Shown: piece by piece, positions 30,097 through 41,071 of the stretch | How the letters are laid out: each line of letters starts with the position of its first letter | Numbering within the stretch: position 1 is the stretch's first letter | Virus record (IMG/VR): IMGVR_UViG_3300022752_000036 | Span: 31,646 to 95,645 of that record | Reading direction: 5' to 3' (one strand) | DNA length: 64,000 nt | Origin: a virus | Notes under the pieces: generated by a model | Database searches by the model: none | Seen by the model: the letters and a program-made list of their open reading frames with translations, nothing else | Told to the model about the DNA's origin: nothing | Made by a program: the position numbers and the translations under genes

Positions 30097-30282
30097 TTAT
30101 TGTAATTCAGCCAGTAGTTGGCTGTAAGTATCTCTTTCTGATATTAAATTATCGTAGACTTGTTGATTAGACATTTTGCCTTCAATATTACCTGTCCACG
30201 ATAAATCTATTAAAGAAATAGTCTCGTCTATTCCCTCTATCATTCTAGTTAATATTATAATCTTTTCTTCTAATGTTATCAT
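30097..30282 (-). CDS. Small helical protein
   Basis: MITLEEKIIILT...; similar layout to 29887-30087 (LTEDEK). Confidence 0.55.
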   Translation of the reverse strand: MITLEEKIIILTRMIEGIDETISLIDLSWTGNIEGKMSNQQVYDNLISERDTYSQLLAELQ

Positions 30283-30284
30283 AT

Positions 30285-32144
30285 TTATGCCCATGCCGTA
30301 GATTGTGCTGTTGATGTGCCGCCACTATTTGTTGCCGTTACCGAAACCCATCTAGCCCATGTATATGTAGAGCTATTTCTAGTAACGGTTACGCTACTTG
30401 CTGATGCCCCCCAGGTTCCATTTCCTGTATTTGAAGCTAATACTGTTCCTCCATTTGAGTTTGCAAATTGTATTCCCCAATCATAACTGGTTGGCCTTGA
30501 TCCTCCAGTCCAAGTTATTGTGAGAGTCCATGTAGAAACTCCGCCTGGCGAACTAAAAGCATTTGAAGCTGTAATTGTTGGTTTTGTTACTGTAGGGGCC
30601 GAGTCTGTAGTTGATGAGGTAACAGATGACCATGTTGACTTTAATCCTGTAGATCCTACTGCTCTAACCCAATAGTACCTTGTTGTTCCAGCTGACAGTC
30701 CGCTATTTGTATATGATGTGCTTGTAGTTGAAAAGTCTGCAGCAACAGAATCAGATGGAGTTGAATTGCTACCTAGCCAATATATTTCATAAGAAGCTGC
30801 TCCAGATACAGCATTCCAGGAAATTACTATTGCAGTTTGTCCGCTTGCATAAGATGTAACGCCTGTAGGAGTTCCTGGAGCAACAATTGGTTGTTGAAGT
30901 GGACCACCTTCTGTTCCAGCTGCATAAGCAGATGTTCCTCCTGCATTTGTAGCAGAAGCATATGGTCTATAGTAATATCTTCCTGTTCCATCATAGTCCG
31001 AAGATGGAATTAAATATGTAGACGATGTAACATTTCCTGGAGCAGCAACTAGTGTTTCGCTCATTACAACACCTGGGGTTCCTCTATAAAGTCTTAAATC
31101 ATAACTAGTAGGACTATTGCTCCATGAACCGACTCCGTATGTTAGTGTAGTTGAGTTTGCAGTATATGATCCTGTTGGAGAAAGTGTTGGTGCAGAAGTA
31201 TTTACTGGAATTGGATTTGAAAGAGTTGCATTACCACTATTACCATATCCTGAGTATTTAGTTGATGCTCCAACTGCTGTTCCATATTGAACTCCATATC
31301 CTTGATAGTTAGTACTTCTTGGATAAACTGTAAATGTTCTTGTACTTGTATCTGGAGGACTATAAGTATAAGAGCTTAATGTAGTATTAGTAAAATAACT
31401 TCCATTTATATAAATATCATATGAAGATGCGCCAGGCGCCGAACCCCAAGATAGACCTATTGTATATGAAGTATTTACTGATCTAACATCTAAACTAATT
31501 GTGCCTGCTGTTCCTGTTCCAGAAACTGTTCTGGATGAATAATTAAATGAAGGTGTTCCAGCTGTTCCATTCATTACGCCTTCGTATGTTGTAGCATTTG
31601 CTGCTGCATTCCAAGAACCAGAATATGTTAGATCGCTTGTACTTAAAGCATTTACTGAAGGAGTACTTGGAGTAGCAGTAGTATCAGAAACTGTTAAAGA
31701 ATTAACTATTGGTAACATAATTATTCCAGAACTTACATTTACAGTAGTAGACCCTCTAAGATTAGTTGCTGTTACTTTACATCCTATAATAGTTTCAACA
31801 TCTGCAGCAGTTGTTTGATATGTATTTAAAGTCTGCCCTGATATATCTGATCCATTTCTTGTCCATTGATATGAATAAGAAGTTGGAATATAAGGATCTG
31901 ATGAATCCCATGATCCAGTAGTTACTACATACTGACATCCAATTCTTCCGCTTGGATAAGATGGTGTGTTGACAGATAATGTTGGAGAAGATGTATTAGA
32001 TGGAAATTCTGGATAGTTTATTACCCAATTTGAACCATTAAATATCCATGCCTGTTTTGCTTTATACCAGTTTGCGTCTGTATGGAATATCCTAAACGAT
32101 TTTGCATTTAGCCAAGTTGAACCATCGAATATTTTTATTGTCAC
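30285..32144 (-). CDS. Ig/FN3-repeat Ser/Thr-rich adhesin or fibre protein
   Basis: NTSxPTLS...YSYQW Ig repeats; FN3 (ISWNAVSGAASYEIY...TTRYYWVRA); Trp-rich N-terminal docking segment. Confidence 0.8.
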   Translation of the reverse strand: MTIKIFDGSTWLNAKSFRIFHTDANWYKAKQAWIFNGSNWVINYPEFPSNTSSPTLSVNTPSYPSGRIGCQYVVTTGSWDSSDPYIPTSYSYQWTRNGSDISGQTLNTYQTTAADVETIIGCKVTATNLRGSTTVNVSSGIIMLPIVNSLTVSDTTATPSTPSVNALSTSDLTYSGSWNAAANATTYEGVMNGTAGTPSFNYSSRTVSGTGTAGTISLDVRSVNTSYTIGLSWGSAPGASSYDIYINGSYFTNTTLSSYTYSPPDTSTRTFTVYPRSTNYQGYGVQYGTAVGASTKYSGYGNSGNATLSNPIPVNTSAPTLSPTGSYTANSTTLTYGVGSWSNSPTSYDLRLYRGTPGVVMSETLVAAPGNVTSSTYLIPSSDYDGTGRYYYRPYASATNAGGTSAYAAGTEGGPLQQPIVAPGTPTGVTSYASGQTAIVISWNAVSGAASYEIYWLGSNSTPSDSVAADFSTTSTSYTNSGLSAGTTRYYWVRAVGSTGLKSTWSSVTSSTTDSAPTVTKPTITASNAFSSPGGVSTWTLTITWTGGSRPTSYDWGIQFANSNGGTVLASNTGNGTWGASASSVTVTRNSSTYTWARWVSVTATNSGGTSTAQSTAWA

Positions 32145-32152
32145 GATAGCTC

Positions 32153-33451
32153 CTAGTAATAGACGTATAAATCGCCAGCTGCTGTACCCGTTGGTGGTGT
32201 TCCAGTTTGATTATAAAATATTTTATTTGTGTTAGCAGTATTTGTGCCATTTGAATAAGCTGTTGCTACTCCTGCCGCACCTGTAGCGCCTGTAGCTCCT
32301 GTTGGGCCTGTTGCACCTGTAGCACCAACACCAGTTGGTCCAGTTGCTCCTGTTGGACCAGTAGGGCCTGCTACTGTGCTTGCTGCGCCTGTAGGGCCAG
32401 TTGCCCCAGTAGGGCCTGTTGGACCTGCTACTGTGCTATTAGCACCTGTTGCGCCAGTTGCTCCAGTAGGGCCTGTAGGACCTGCTACTGTGCTTGCTGC
32501 GCCTGTAGGGCCAGTTGCCCCAGTAGCACCAGTTGCTCCTGTCGGTCCTGTTGGGCCTGCTACCGTGCTATTAGCACCAGTTGCTCCAGTCGGTCCTGTT
32601 GGGCCTGCTGAGCCTGTTGCACCTGTAGCACCTGTTGGACCAGTAGGGCCTGCTACTGTGCTATTAGCACCTGTTGCGCCTGTAGCACCTGTAGGGCCTG
32701 TTGGACCTGCTACTGTGCTATCAGCGCCTGTAGCGCCTGTAGGGCCAGTTGCTCCTGTGGGACCTGCTACACCTGCTGGACCTGTTGGACCTGTAGGTCC
32801 TGCTACTGTGCTATTAGCACCTGTTGCACCTGTAGCACCTGTAGGGCCTGTTGGGCCTGTAGTGCCTATTGGTCCTTGAATATTTCCTACGTTATCCCAT
32901 TCAGAGTTAATGCTATCCCAAACATACAAATCTCCTTGAATTAGATATGCATCACCTGGAGATGCTGTTGGATGTGCTGATTGTAATGCTGCTAAAGAAT
33001 TATAAGAACCAAGAATTGTTACTCCAGTTCCTTGTGCTCCTGTTGCACCAGTTGGTCCAACTAATCCTTGAGGACCTGTAGATCCATTTGCTCCTGCAGC
33101 ACCTGTTGGGCCTGTTGGGCCTGTTGAGCCAGTTGGGCCTGCTGTACCATTAGATCCTGTTGCGCCTGTAGGGCCAGTAGGTCCAGTTGCGCCTGTAGCG
33201 CCTGTAGCGCCTGTTGCGCCTACGCCTGTAGCGCCTGTAGAGCCTGTAGGGCCTGTAGGGCCTGTAGCGCCTGCTACGCCTGCGCCTGTAGCGCCTGTGG
33301 CGCCAGTAGGGCCAGTGGGTCCTGTTGGGCCTGGATGAGCAGTTAGGTAATCGTCTATATCTTGAGCCAAATATCCTAAATCTCTAGGTATGTCAGGAGA
33401 CATATCCAGAGATGGATATCTAAAATTCTTAGGCGTCAAGTTGCTAGGCAT
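32153..33451 (-). CDS. Collagen-like (GPT/GAT) fibre protein
   Basis: Long Gly-X-Thr repeats with one globular interruption; ends GDLYVYY. Confidence 0.9.
   Translation of the reverse strand: MPSNLTPKNFRYPSLDMSPDIPRDLGYLAQDIDDYLTAHPGPTGPTGPTGATGATGAGVAGATGPTGPTGSTGATGVGATGATGATGATGPTGPTGATGSNGTAGPTGSTGPTGPTGAAGANGSTGPQGLVGPTGATGAQGTGVTILGSYNSLAALQSAHPTASPGDAYLIQGDLYVWDSINSEWDNVGNIQGPIGTTGPTGPTGATGATGANSTVAGPTGPTGPAGVAGPTGATGPTGATGADSTVAGPTGPTGATGATGANSTVAGPTGPTGATGATGSAGPTGPTGATGANSTVAGPTGPTGATGATGATGPTGAASTVAGPTGPTGATGATGANSTVAGPTGPTGATGPTGAASTVAGPTGPTGATGPTGVGATGATGPTGATGATGAAGVATAYSNGTNTANTNKIFYNQTGTPPTGTAAGDLYVYY
32260..32880 (-). repeat. Degenerate tandem repeats encoding GPT/GAT triplets with 7 GAxSTVA interruptions
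   Basis: Recurrent cctgctactgtgct... units on the plus strand. Confidence 0.8.
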
Positions 33452-33453
33452 TT

Positions 33454-34527
33454 TTAAATTATACCACTTTCACGGTTCTGAGCACTATGATAGAACCCTA
33501 AATTATCGTGCAATCTTTGATCATCGCTATTAAAAGATATTGCTATTTCTCCATGCCTTGAAGCATCCTCAAATAGGCCTAAATTATAGCTTGCTAAAGC
33601 TAGCAAATCATGTGGCTTCCAACCCCAAGCATCAGCTTCACAAAAATAATCAAGATATTTATCCTTGATGTTTAAAGCTAACTCTGAATATTCTTTTACT
33701 TTATTCCAATCTTGCATGTTATAAAAATGTTGTGCAAGATCAACATAAGGTTCTCTTCTTTGTGGACATTCTGCAATTGCTTGTCTTAACCAAAATTCTT
33801 CGTTCATTGGTTCACATTTTGCAATGTATCTCATAGACTCACATCTTTCTGGCTTCCATTGTGATAATGGCAAAGATAAATGTCTTTTAAATTCTTCTGC
33901 TGCTTCTTTATATCTAGCATGAAAAAATAATTCTCTTGCATAATAATGTGCACATCTGTCGCTTGCAGGATCTTCTTTTGCTGCCATTTCTAAAAGCGGA
34001 AGATATTGTCCTCTTGATTTATTATTATCTGGCAAATGATATATTTTTACATTTATCTTTTGTCTTATTTCATCTATTCCATAATAACTTACAGATTCAT
34101 GAATAGGAAATTTCCACCTATGACCGTGGCGAGCATGCATTCTTAATGCATCAAACTCTACACCTGGTTGTCCAGCCTCTGTTATGTGAGTTACTAAAGT
34201 ATGTATTGGTCTAGTAACATTAGATCCTTCTAAAGATTCTAATTCTTTTCTCCAGCCTTCAGATAAAACTTCATCCATATCTAAAGATATGCAGTAGTCT
34301 ATATCTGATGGAAGTAAAGACAAAGCCGCATTTCTAGCGTCATCAAATCGCCAAGGGGATATAGATATTTGGAATACATTGATTCCTAATGACTTTGCTA
34401 TTTCTGCGGTTTTATCTGTTGATCCTGTATCTGCAATTAAAAGATAATCTGCATCTTTAGCAGACTGATACCATCTTTCAACAAACTGCTCTTCATTTAA
34501 AGCAATTGTATATACTGCTATTTTCAT
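33454..34527 (-). CDS. GT2-family glycosyltransferase with C-terminal TPRs
   Basis: [26 protein letters not shown] (DxD), IHE; TPR helices. Confidence 0.88.
   Translation of the reverse strand: MKIAVYTIALNEEQFVERWYQSAKDADYLLIADTGSTDKTAEIAKSLGINVFQISISPWRFDDARNAALSLLPSDIDYCISLDMDEVLSEGWRKELESLEGSNVTRPIHTLVTHITEAGQPGVEFDALRMHARHGHRWKFPIHESVSYYGIDEIRQKINVKIYHLPDNNKSRGQYLPLLEMAAKEDPASDRCAHYYARELFFHARYKEAAEEFKRHLSLPLSQWKPERCESMRYIAKCEPMNEEFWLRQAIAECPQRREPYVDLAQHFYNMQDWNKVKEYSELALNIKDKYLDYFCEADAWGWKPHDLLALASYNLGLFEDASRHGEIAISFNSDDQRLHDNLGFYHSAQNRESGII
33458..33466 (-). promoter_or_regulatory. Leaderless extended -10 promoter for collagen gene
   Basis: TGGTATAAT ends 6 nt before ATG 33451. Confidence 0.6.
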
Positions 34528-34553
34528 TTATTTCCTTGATGAGGTAATAAACA

Positions 34554-36944
34554 TTAACCAATTATGGTAAATGTGCCCTTCATTGATGAATGGAATTGAC
34601 ATATATAATACAAAGTATTTGGAGCATCAGCAGGAACAATCCATTTAATTCCTCCGACATCGTCTCCATTATTAGTTACTCCAGAATTATATTGATCACC
34701 TGTTCCAATTGTTTGTGCTGTTTTAATCCAGAATGGATGCCCTGCAGCATTTACTGTAAAGAAATATGCTTGTCCACGAACCAAGGTTAGTGTTGGATTG
34801 TCTAATCCATTTATTGTATAAGCTCCAGAACCAGTATTTACTACTTGATAATTTTGAATAATTGCTATTCCATCCGCCCCAGTTGGTCCTGTTGGACCTG
34901 TAGGACCACCTGATGGACCTGTTGGACCTGTAGGACCTGTTGCTCCTGTTATACCTGCTCCAGTAGCCCCTGTTGCGCCTGCTGCACCTGTTGGTCCTGT
35001 TGCGCCTGCTGGGCCTGTAGGACCTTGAATGCTTGATCCATTTGCACCAGTTGGTCCTGTTGCGCCAGTTGGACCTGTTGCGCCAGTTACGCCTGCTGCA
35101 CCAGTTGGTCCTGTTGCGCCTGCTGGGCCTTGAATACTTCCTACATTTGTCCAGGCTGAACCTGTCCAAACATATAGGTTGCCTTGAATTAAATATCCAT
35201 CTCCAAGCTGACCAGTTGGTTTTGCAGTTTGTAATTCTGCTAAAGTATTATATGTTCCTAATATTTTAACGCTTGTTCCATCTGCACCAGCAACTCCTGT
35301 TGCTCCCGTAGGGCCTGTTGCACCTGTTGGTCCTGTTGGGCCAGCAACGGTTGATGCTGCACCTGTAGCACCAGTTGCACCAGCAGCTCCTGTTGGGCCT
35401 TGCTTAAGAGTAAAATTAAGAACTAAATCTGTTGTTGTTCCACTATTTTGAATTGCAGAAGTACCTGTTGGTCCAGTATCTGTGACTGTTCCTATTGTTA
35501 TTGTTGTTGGTCCTGCTGGACCAGTAGCTCCTGTTGGACCTTGTTTAAGAGTAAAGTTTAATATAGCAGCATCAGTAGTTCCACTATTTGTAACTGTTGC
35601 GTTTCCAGTTGGACCTGTGGATGTTACTGTTCCAACATTAACTGTTGCTACTACTCCAGTAGGTCCTGTAGGTCCTGTTGGACCTTGTTGCAAAGTAAAA
35701 TTAAGTAATGCATTTTGAGATGTTCCAGCATTTGTAACTGATGGCGTTCCAGTAGGACCAGTTGCTGTTGTTGTTCCGACTGAAATTGTAGCAGGACCTG
35801 TGGCTCCAGTTGGACCTTGAAATTGTCCAGCATCTACCCATACTGTTCCGTCCCATACATACAAATGCAAATCTGTTAATACAATCCACGAATCACCATT
35901 TGTATTTCCTGTTGAAGGAAGTGCAGCAACATTTGCTTTTGTTCCTTTAATATTAATTGATCTTCCAGCCGCTCCTGTTGGGCCTGTTGCTCCAGTAACG
36001 CCTGTAGCTCCTGTTGGGCCAACTGCTCCAGTAGGGCCTGTAAATCTTCCGCCATTAACCCATGCTGTTCCACTCCATATATATAATTCGCTTGTATCTT
36101 GAACTAAATATGTAGCCCCTAAAGGACCTGATACTGGAAGTGCTGCTAAATTAGCAACTGTTCCTTGTAAAGTAAGTGATTGTCCAGTAGCGCCTGTTGC
36201 TCCAGTTGGGCCTGTTGCACCTGCAACGCCATTTGCTCCTGCAGCACCTGTAGGCCCAGTTGCGCCTGATGAGCCTGAAGTTCCTGGATTACCAATTACA
36301 GCAAAAACCCAATCTGCTAAAGTTCCAGATCCATTTTTAGTATCTACGCTTACTGATATGCTTACATTTTTAACAACTTGTGTAATTATACCTTCTACAT
36401 AAGTTGTAACATTAAGAGGATTAATTACACGAACTCTTTGTCCTGCTGTATATGCTCCGCTATTGTTTACATAAAATACTTTTAGACCAGTGCTCACTTG
36501 AATAGATGTTGTTGATGTTACATCTGAGTATCCTGCTCCCGTTGCGCCCGTGGTTCCTCCGCCACCAGTTCCAGCTGAAAGGGTACCAGACATGTCTATT
36601 CCAGATATTGTAAGAGAAAAACAATTTGGAGTGGTTGTCACTGCTGCAATTGATTCTCCTGCAGCCAATATCAATGAATGCTCTAGTCTTAAAGTTGTAT
36701 TATTTGGAACATTTACATTTCCATAAAGAGTATATGGATCAAGACTTGATCTGTTTACATTATAAAGGTTTATTACCTGATCACCATTTTCACCAAGCAA
36801 GAATATGCTAAATGGTAATGTTGAACCACTAAAATTTGTTACAGTAAACTCTTTAATAATAATTGGAGATACTGCAGTGTATATTTTTGCTGGTGATGAA
36901 GGTATTAATGATGGTCCAGCAAATCTAATTGGAGCATATGACAT
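34554..36944 (-). CDS. Collagen-like fibre with globular beads and C-terminal cupredoxin-like domain
   Basis: GPT/GAT repeats; GHPFWI...[13 protein letters not shown]. Confidence 0.85.
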   Translation of the reverse strand: MSYAPIRFAGPSLIPSSPAKIYTAVSPIIIKEFTVTNFSGSTLPFSIFLLGENGDQVINLYNVNRSSLDPYTLYGNVNVPNNTTLRLEHSLILAAGESIAAVTTTPNCFSLTISGIDMSGTLSAGTGGGGTTGATGAGYSDVTSTTSIQVSTGLKVFYVNNSGAYTAGQRVRVINPLNVTTYVEGIITQVVKNVSISVSVDTKNGSGTLADWVFAVIGNPGTSGSSGATGPTGAAGANGVAGATGPTGATGATGQSLTLQGTVANLAALPVSGPLGATYLVQDTSELYIWSGTAWVNGGRFTGPTGAVGPTGATGVTGATGPTGAAGRSINIKGTKANVAALPSTGNTNGDSWIVLTDLHLYVWDGTVWVDAGQFQGPTGATGPATISVGTTTATGPTGTPSVTNAGTSQNALLNFTLQQGPTGPTGPTGVVATVNVGTVTSTGPTGNATVTNSGTTDAAILNFTLKQGPTGATGPAGPTTITIGTVTDTGPTGTSAIQNSGTTTDLVLNFTLKQGPTGAAGATGATGAASTVAGPTGPTGATGPTGATGVAGADGTSVKILGTYNTLAELQTAKPTGQLGDGYLIQGNLYVWTGSAWTNVGSIQGPAGATGPTGAAGVTGATGPTGATGPTGANGSSIQGPTGPAGATGPTGAAGATGATGAGITGATGPTGPTGPSGGPTGPTGPTGADGIAIIQNYQVVNTGSGAYTINGLDNPTLTLVRGQAYFFTVNAAGHPFWIKTAQTIGTGDQYNSGVTNNGDDVGGIKWIVPADAPNTLYYICQFHSSMKGTFTIIG

Positions 36945-36958
36945 TAGCTAAACCTCCC

Positions 36959-37675
36959 TTAGACTATAGACCACTTAGATATTAGATCCTTTTCAACAGT
37001 TTCATATTCAGAAAACTGTAAGGCTCTATCATAAATCAGAAATTCTCCAATTTTAAAGTTGCCATAGCTAGAAACATATCTTCCTATTGCTTGTCCAGTC
37101 ATTGAAGCAACTGAACCTGCAGATACTGCACGAGAAACTTCTACTCTATTTCTTCTTACTGTTCTTTGGTTGTTTGTAAGATCATAAACCATGGTATAAA
37201 TTTCTGTTGTTCCAGATGCAGCAGCGGTTACTATAGAACCTTGATCATCATTATAAAATCCAAATCGATGTGTATTTGCAGTTAAATTTCCTGCAAATAA
37301 ATTTGTTCTTGTTCCAGTATTTGTTCCGCCAAATATCCAAGTATTGTTATTGGCTGGTTTAGATGCAACATAAATAATTGTAAATGATTTTCCTGCAATA
37401 TATGCAAGTGTTTGATCAGAAAATGTCATAAAATCATCTGAACCATCAAACTGAAGTGCTCCTAGTCCTCCGAGACCAGTTGCAAGAAATAATGGCTTAT
37501 TTGCTTGTGTTGCTTGAACCATATGTCTAGATGCACCTGATTTATCGCTCCATTGTGAAACAAAATTGCTTCCATCTCTAATGCATGTAGCTGGTAGTGA
37601 AGCATCTAAATGTAGACGAAGACCTACTGTGGTAAATCTTGCTCTACGAAAATTTGAACGCTGATTAGGTAGCAA
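36959..37675 (-). CDS. LamG-like lectin domain protein
   Basis: LRLHLDAS, VSQWSDKSG, LQFDGSDD, IGEFLIYDRAL, LISKW. Confidence 0.75.
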   Translation of the reverse strand: MLPNQRSNFRRARFTTVGLRLHLDASLPATCIRDGSNFVSQWSDKSGASRHMVQATQANKPLFLATGLGGLGALQFDGSDDFMTFSDQTLAYIAGKSFTIIYVASKPANNNTWIFGGTNTGTRTNLFAGNLTANTHRFGFYNDDQGSIVTAAASGTTEIYTMVYDLTNNQRTVRRNRVEVSRAVSAGSVASMTGQAIGRYVSSYGNFKIGEFLIYDRALQFSEYETVEKDLISKWSIV

Positions 37676-38119
37676 TTAATTATCTCCTGTTCCACCGTAA
37701 ACTACTGGTTTTTCAGGCCATGTTACTTCTGAAATACTTGAATAAGACTTAAGTAGCTCTAGTTTATCTCTATAGTTTTTCCAAGCTTGTTTATGTGCTG
37801 AAGAAAGATCTTCTTTTGTATCAAGACCTTCTGTTGAAATTAATTCAAATTCAATATGTGCAAGAAGTTCATCTTTTTTATCATCTACAGATAAAATTTC
37901 TTTCTTAACAACATATACTTTTCCGCTTTTAATATAAGGCTCACAAAAAACAAGTCTTTCATTTGCTGAATTAAATTCAATATGATCTACTACTTCTTTA
38001 ACATTATTTTCTATAAGAAAATCTTTGTAATCGCCATTAGCTGGAAAAGAAGTAGCAGGGAATAGGATTGCCAGTTCTCCAACACTAACTACTTGATTAT
38101 TTTCAACTATTGCGTACAT
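37676..38119 (-). CDS. Tail fibre assembly or chaperone-like protein
   Basis: LFPATSFP, C-terminal AWKNYRDKL...VTWPEKP. Confidence 0.6.
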   Translation of the reverse strand: MYAIVENNQVVSVGELAILFPATSFPANGDYKDFLIENNVKEVVDHIEFNSANERLVFCEPYIKSGKVYVVKKEILSVDDKKDELLAHIEFELISTEGLDTKEDLSSAHKQAWKNYRDKLELLKSYSSISEVTWPEKPVVYGGTGDN

Positions 38120-38140
38120 GATTCTCCTTTAAACTATTTA

Positions 38141-38578
38141 TTAAACGTATAGATCGGCGAATGCATATCCACCATAAATTGTTGTTCCACCGTCTCTTGT
38201 GTAGAAGTTTAGAAGTGTTGTATTTGTTGATAGAAGTGGTGCAACGTTTGCTGCTCCGCCACCATCCCACTTAACTCCTCCAGGCCAAGTGACTGTATAT
38301 GAGCCACCATTTTTAATTTCTACTTGCCAAAATGCTGCTTTTGCTGTTGATGGGAAATTTGAAAATACAACTGTTAAGTTTCCATTAGCATTGATTCTGA
38401 AAACTCCTGCTGTAGCAAGATTGCATGTAGCTGTTCCTCCAGCGTTGATAGTTCCTCTATCTGAATATTCAACTGGTATGTTGAAATATGTATATCCTTG
38501 ACCATTGATTGGTGCTTGAAGATATGTATATGTCCACAAAGCTGGCGTTACTGCAGCTGGTGTCATTGATACTGGCAT
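38141..38578 (-). CDS. Fibre-tip beta-domain protein
   Basis: GSYTVTWPGGVKWDGG..P.L, FYTRDGGTTIYG motif. Confidence 0.6.
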   Translation of the reverse strand: MPVSMTPAAVTPALWTYTYLQAPINGQGYTYFNIPVEYSDRGTINAGGTATCNLATAGVFRINANGNLTVVFSNFPSTAKAAFWQVEIKNGGSYTVTWPGGVKWDGGGAANVAPLLSTNTTLLNFYTRDGGTTIYGGYAFADLYV

Positions 38579-38592
38579 TTTATTCTCCTTGT

Positions 38593-39528
38593 TTAGCTTG
38601 ACTTGATGTAATATGTAATTATGCAGATACCACTTCCGCCGTTGTTTCCGCCTCCGCCGCCTCCGCCTGAGCCTGTATTAGGTGTTGCGTCTGCTCTAGG
38701 TGTTCCTACGTAGTCTCCGTGACCTGTTCCTCCACCGTTAGATCCTCCGCCGCCTGAAGCTCTTCCAGATCCTCCGCCTCCGCCTGCAAGACCAAATTCT
38801 CCAGCGCCGCCTTTACCGCCCATTGGGTGTCTTCCAGAGTCATTTGAGTTTGCCCAACCTGGGCCACCACCTGAAGAACCTTCAGAAGCATATCTACTTC
38901 CACCAAAATATCCAGAGTATCCTCCAGAGTTTGGCATAACTAGTCCGTATTCTCCAGCTCCGTTAGCTCCACCGCCGCCTCCGCCAGCGCCCCAAGAATT
39001 AACCCAGGCACCTTGTCCTCCGCCACCTGAGCCTCTTCCTGTAATGTTCTGTGCTCCAGGGCCGCAGTCTCCTGACTGCCCATCGCCTTGTGTAGAACCT
39101 CCACCATATGCAACCATATAAAATGGCTGACCGCTAGTTCCGAATGTTGAGTTACCACCTTGATTGTTGCATGATCCGCCATTTGCAATTCCTATTGAAA
39201 TAGAAGAGTTTACTGGAACTGAAGATATGTCAAGTTTTCTTCTTAGAAGCTGTCCTGCTCCTCCACCACCGTGATTTGTTGATCCATTAGAGCATCCGCC
39301 GCCTCCGCCGCCTCCAACTAGTAGAACATCAATGTATGGAGCACTATTAACTGGTCTTGTCCAAACTCCGCTACTTAGAATTGATACTTGATATGAGTTA
39401 TAAAATCCTGAAAGGTTTGCAGCAATCAAAGGAACCGCAACAGATGTTGACAATGTTGTTGTTGCGCTTTGTATTTCTGTATCTAGTCCTGGGACATAAA
39501 TTTGATTAATCGTTCCATATGTTGGCAT
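38593..39528 (-). CDS. Glycine-rich adhesin (gp38-like polyglycine) protein
   Basis: SSGVWTRP, LLVGGGGGGG, repeated GGGGG blocks, NTGSGGGG, GGSGICII. Confidence 0.75.
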   Translation of the reverse strand: MPTYGTINQIYVPGLDTEIQSATTTLSTSVAVPLIAANLSGFYNSYQVSILSSGVWTRPVNSAPYIDVLLVGGGGGGGCSNGSTNHGGGGAGQLLRRKLDISSVPVNSSISIGIANGGSCNNQGGNSTFGTSGQPFYMVAYGGGSTQGDGQSGDCGPGAQNITGRGSGGGGQGAWVNSWGAGGGGGGANGAGEYGLVMPNSGGYSGYFGGSRYASEGSSGGGPGWANSNDSGRHPMGGKGGAGEFGLAGGGGGSGRASGGGGSNGGGTGHGDYVGTPRADATPNTGSGGGGGGGNNGGSGICIITYYIKSS

Positions 39529-39773
39529 TATTGTACCTCTATCTCAATATAATCATCTAATCCTCTATGCTCTGGCAATGGTCTTAGATGTTCTGGTGCT
39601 GTAAACTTATTACCTTCTAACTTCCACATTATACCTGGTTGTGGATTGTATTCTGTAATATCAATTCTTTCAAGTTGAGACCAGTCTGGATGCTCTGCAA
39701 TAAAATCTTCATCAGCAACAATAACATTACCTATTACATTGTCTGGTGTTAGGAGTGCCCATGTTCTTGACAT
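39528..39773 (-). CDS. Small adhesin-partner protein
   Basis: WALL..DNVIGNVIV...GIMWKLEGNKFTAP; TAATG coupling. Confidence 0.6.
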   Translation of the reverse strand: MSRTWALLTPDNVIGNVIVADEDFIAEHPDWSQLERIDITEYNPQPGIMWKLEGNKFTAPEHLRPLPEHRGLDDYIEIEVQ

Positions 39774-40051
39774 TACTCATTACCTCCTGCTAGTTCATCT
39801 GCAACTGGCTCAAGAATTTCAACTAGATGTTCTGGAATAACTGGTGGAATTGAAGGTGGAGTATAGTGTGTCCACTCTTCTGTATCTTTATTATATGTTG
39901 ATTGAGGTCCTGGCTTTGTTTCCCAGTCTGTGTAATCAAACCAAACTTTATCTTTGTAGTCAGGCATATCATTAATAACATCTAAACTTCTTACATTTAG
40001 AACATTATAGACGGTGCCGTCTTCATTTAAAAATACTACGTCTCTAAACAT
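39773..40051 (-). CDS. Small adhesin-partner protein
   Basis: VVFLNEDGTVYNVL...YNKDTEEWT; similar to neighbour. Confidence 0.6.
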   Translation of the reverse strand: MFRDVVFLNEDGTVYNVLNVRSLDVINDMPDYKDKVWFDYTDWETKPGPQSTYNKDTEEWTHYTPPSIPPVIPEHLVEILEPVADELAGGNE

Positions 40052-40053
40052 AA

Positions 40054-41055
40054 TTACGCTTTAACGTACCATTCAATTATGGCTACGCCGCTACCTCCTC
40101 TGTTTCCTCCGCCGCCTGAGTGGTTATTTCCTCCACCACCAGCGCCTGTTCCATTTCTACCTTCTCCGCCCCAATTATCGACTGTCTGAGATCCTCCAGC
40201 GCCACCGCCTGCTGATCCTCCGCCACCAGCGCCGCCTCCGCCACCGCCTCCGCCTGCAAGACCGTACATTCCAATTCCACCACGTCCGCCACATCCAATC
40301 CAAGATGTCCAGCTATGGTTACTTCCATGTCCTCCACCTGATGCACCTGGACCCCAACCAAATCCTCCTGGGTATCCTGCAGCACCACGACCATTTTGCA
40401 ATGTTGTATTAATAGCATTTTGTCCAGCGTCGCCAGCTCCGCCACCGCCACCGCCTGCTCCATACTGATAGTCTCCGCCTGCGCCTCCGCCACCGCCTGA
40501 GCCTCCACCAGTCATATTTCCCATTCCTTGACCCATTGATCCGCTGTTTCCGCTATTACCAGTTCCGTATGGATATCCTCCACCGCCACCGCCGTATGCA
40601 ATACAATAATAAGCATTTCCATTTACACCAAATGTTGAGTTTCCTCCATTGTTACCATTTGAGTTTCCAGTTACTGCTGGTCCGCCATTACCAATTGTTA
40701 CTGGAATTGTTCCGCCAACTGGAACTGCAGAAATGTCTAACCATCTTTCAATTAATTGTCCTGCTCCGCCGCCACCTGAACCATTGTGTGACCATGAATA
40801 ACCGCATCCACCTGAACCGCCACCGCCAATAAGTATTAGTTTAATGGCTGGTCCTGAGTTTGCTGGTCTTGTCCAGTTTCCTGAGCTATATATTCTTGTT
40901 TCTCTAGGAAGATACATTGAACTAACACCACCAGCAGCGATTGCTTCTGCTGTGATTCCAGCATTCAAACCAGCTGTAATTGCAGCATTAATAGTTGTCG
41001 ACAACCCTGGTAGATATGTTGACTGTGTCGACGTGTTGACTGATACGTTAGTCAT
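40054..41055 (-). CDS. Glycine-rich adhesin protein (paralogue of 38593-39528)
   Basis: SSGNWTRPANS, ILIGGGGSGG, IAYGGGGG, GGSGVAII. Confidence 0.75.
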   Translation of the reverse strand: MTNVSVNTSTQSTYLPGLSTTINAAITAGLNAGITAEAIAAGGVSSMYLPRETRIYSSGNWTRPANSGPAIKLILIGGGGSGGCGYSWSHNGSGGGGAGQLIERWLDISAVPVGGTIPVTIGNGGPAVTGNSNGNNGGNSTFGVNGNAYYCIAYGGGGGGYPYGTGNSGNSGSMGQGMGNMTGGGSGGGGGAGGDYQYGAGGGGGGAGDAGQNAINTTLQNGRGAAGYPGGFGWGPGASGGGHGSNHSWTSWIGCGGRGGIGMYGLAGGGGGGGGAGGGGSAGGGAGGSQTVDNWGGEGRNGTGAGGGGNNHSGGGGNRGGSGVAIIEWYVKA

Positions 41056-41071
41056 TTAATTACTCCTTAAA

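Noticed and set aside
32376-32879. 167-aa plus-strand PVGPVA ORF
   Set aside because: Antisense mirror of the collagen repeats; no RBS or independent signal
32260-36260. Repeats as a CRISPR array
   Set aside because: Degenerate in-frame coding triplet repeats without unique spacers; no cas genes
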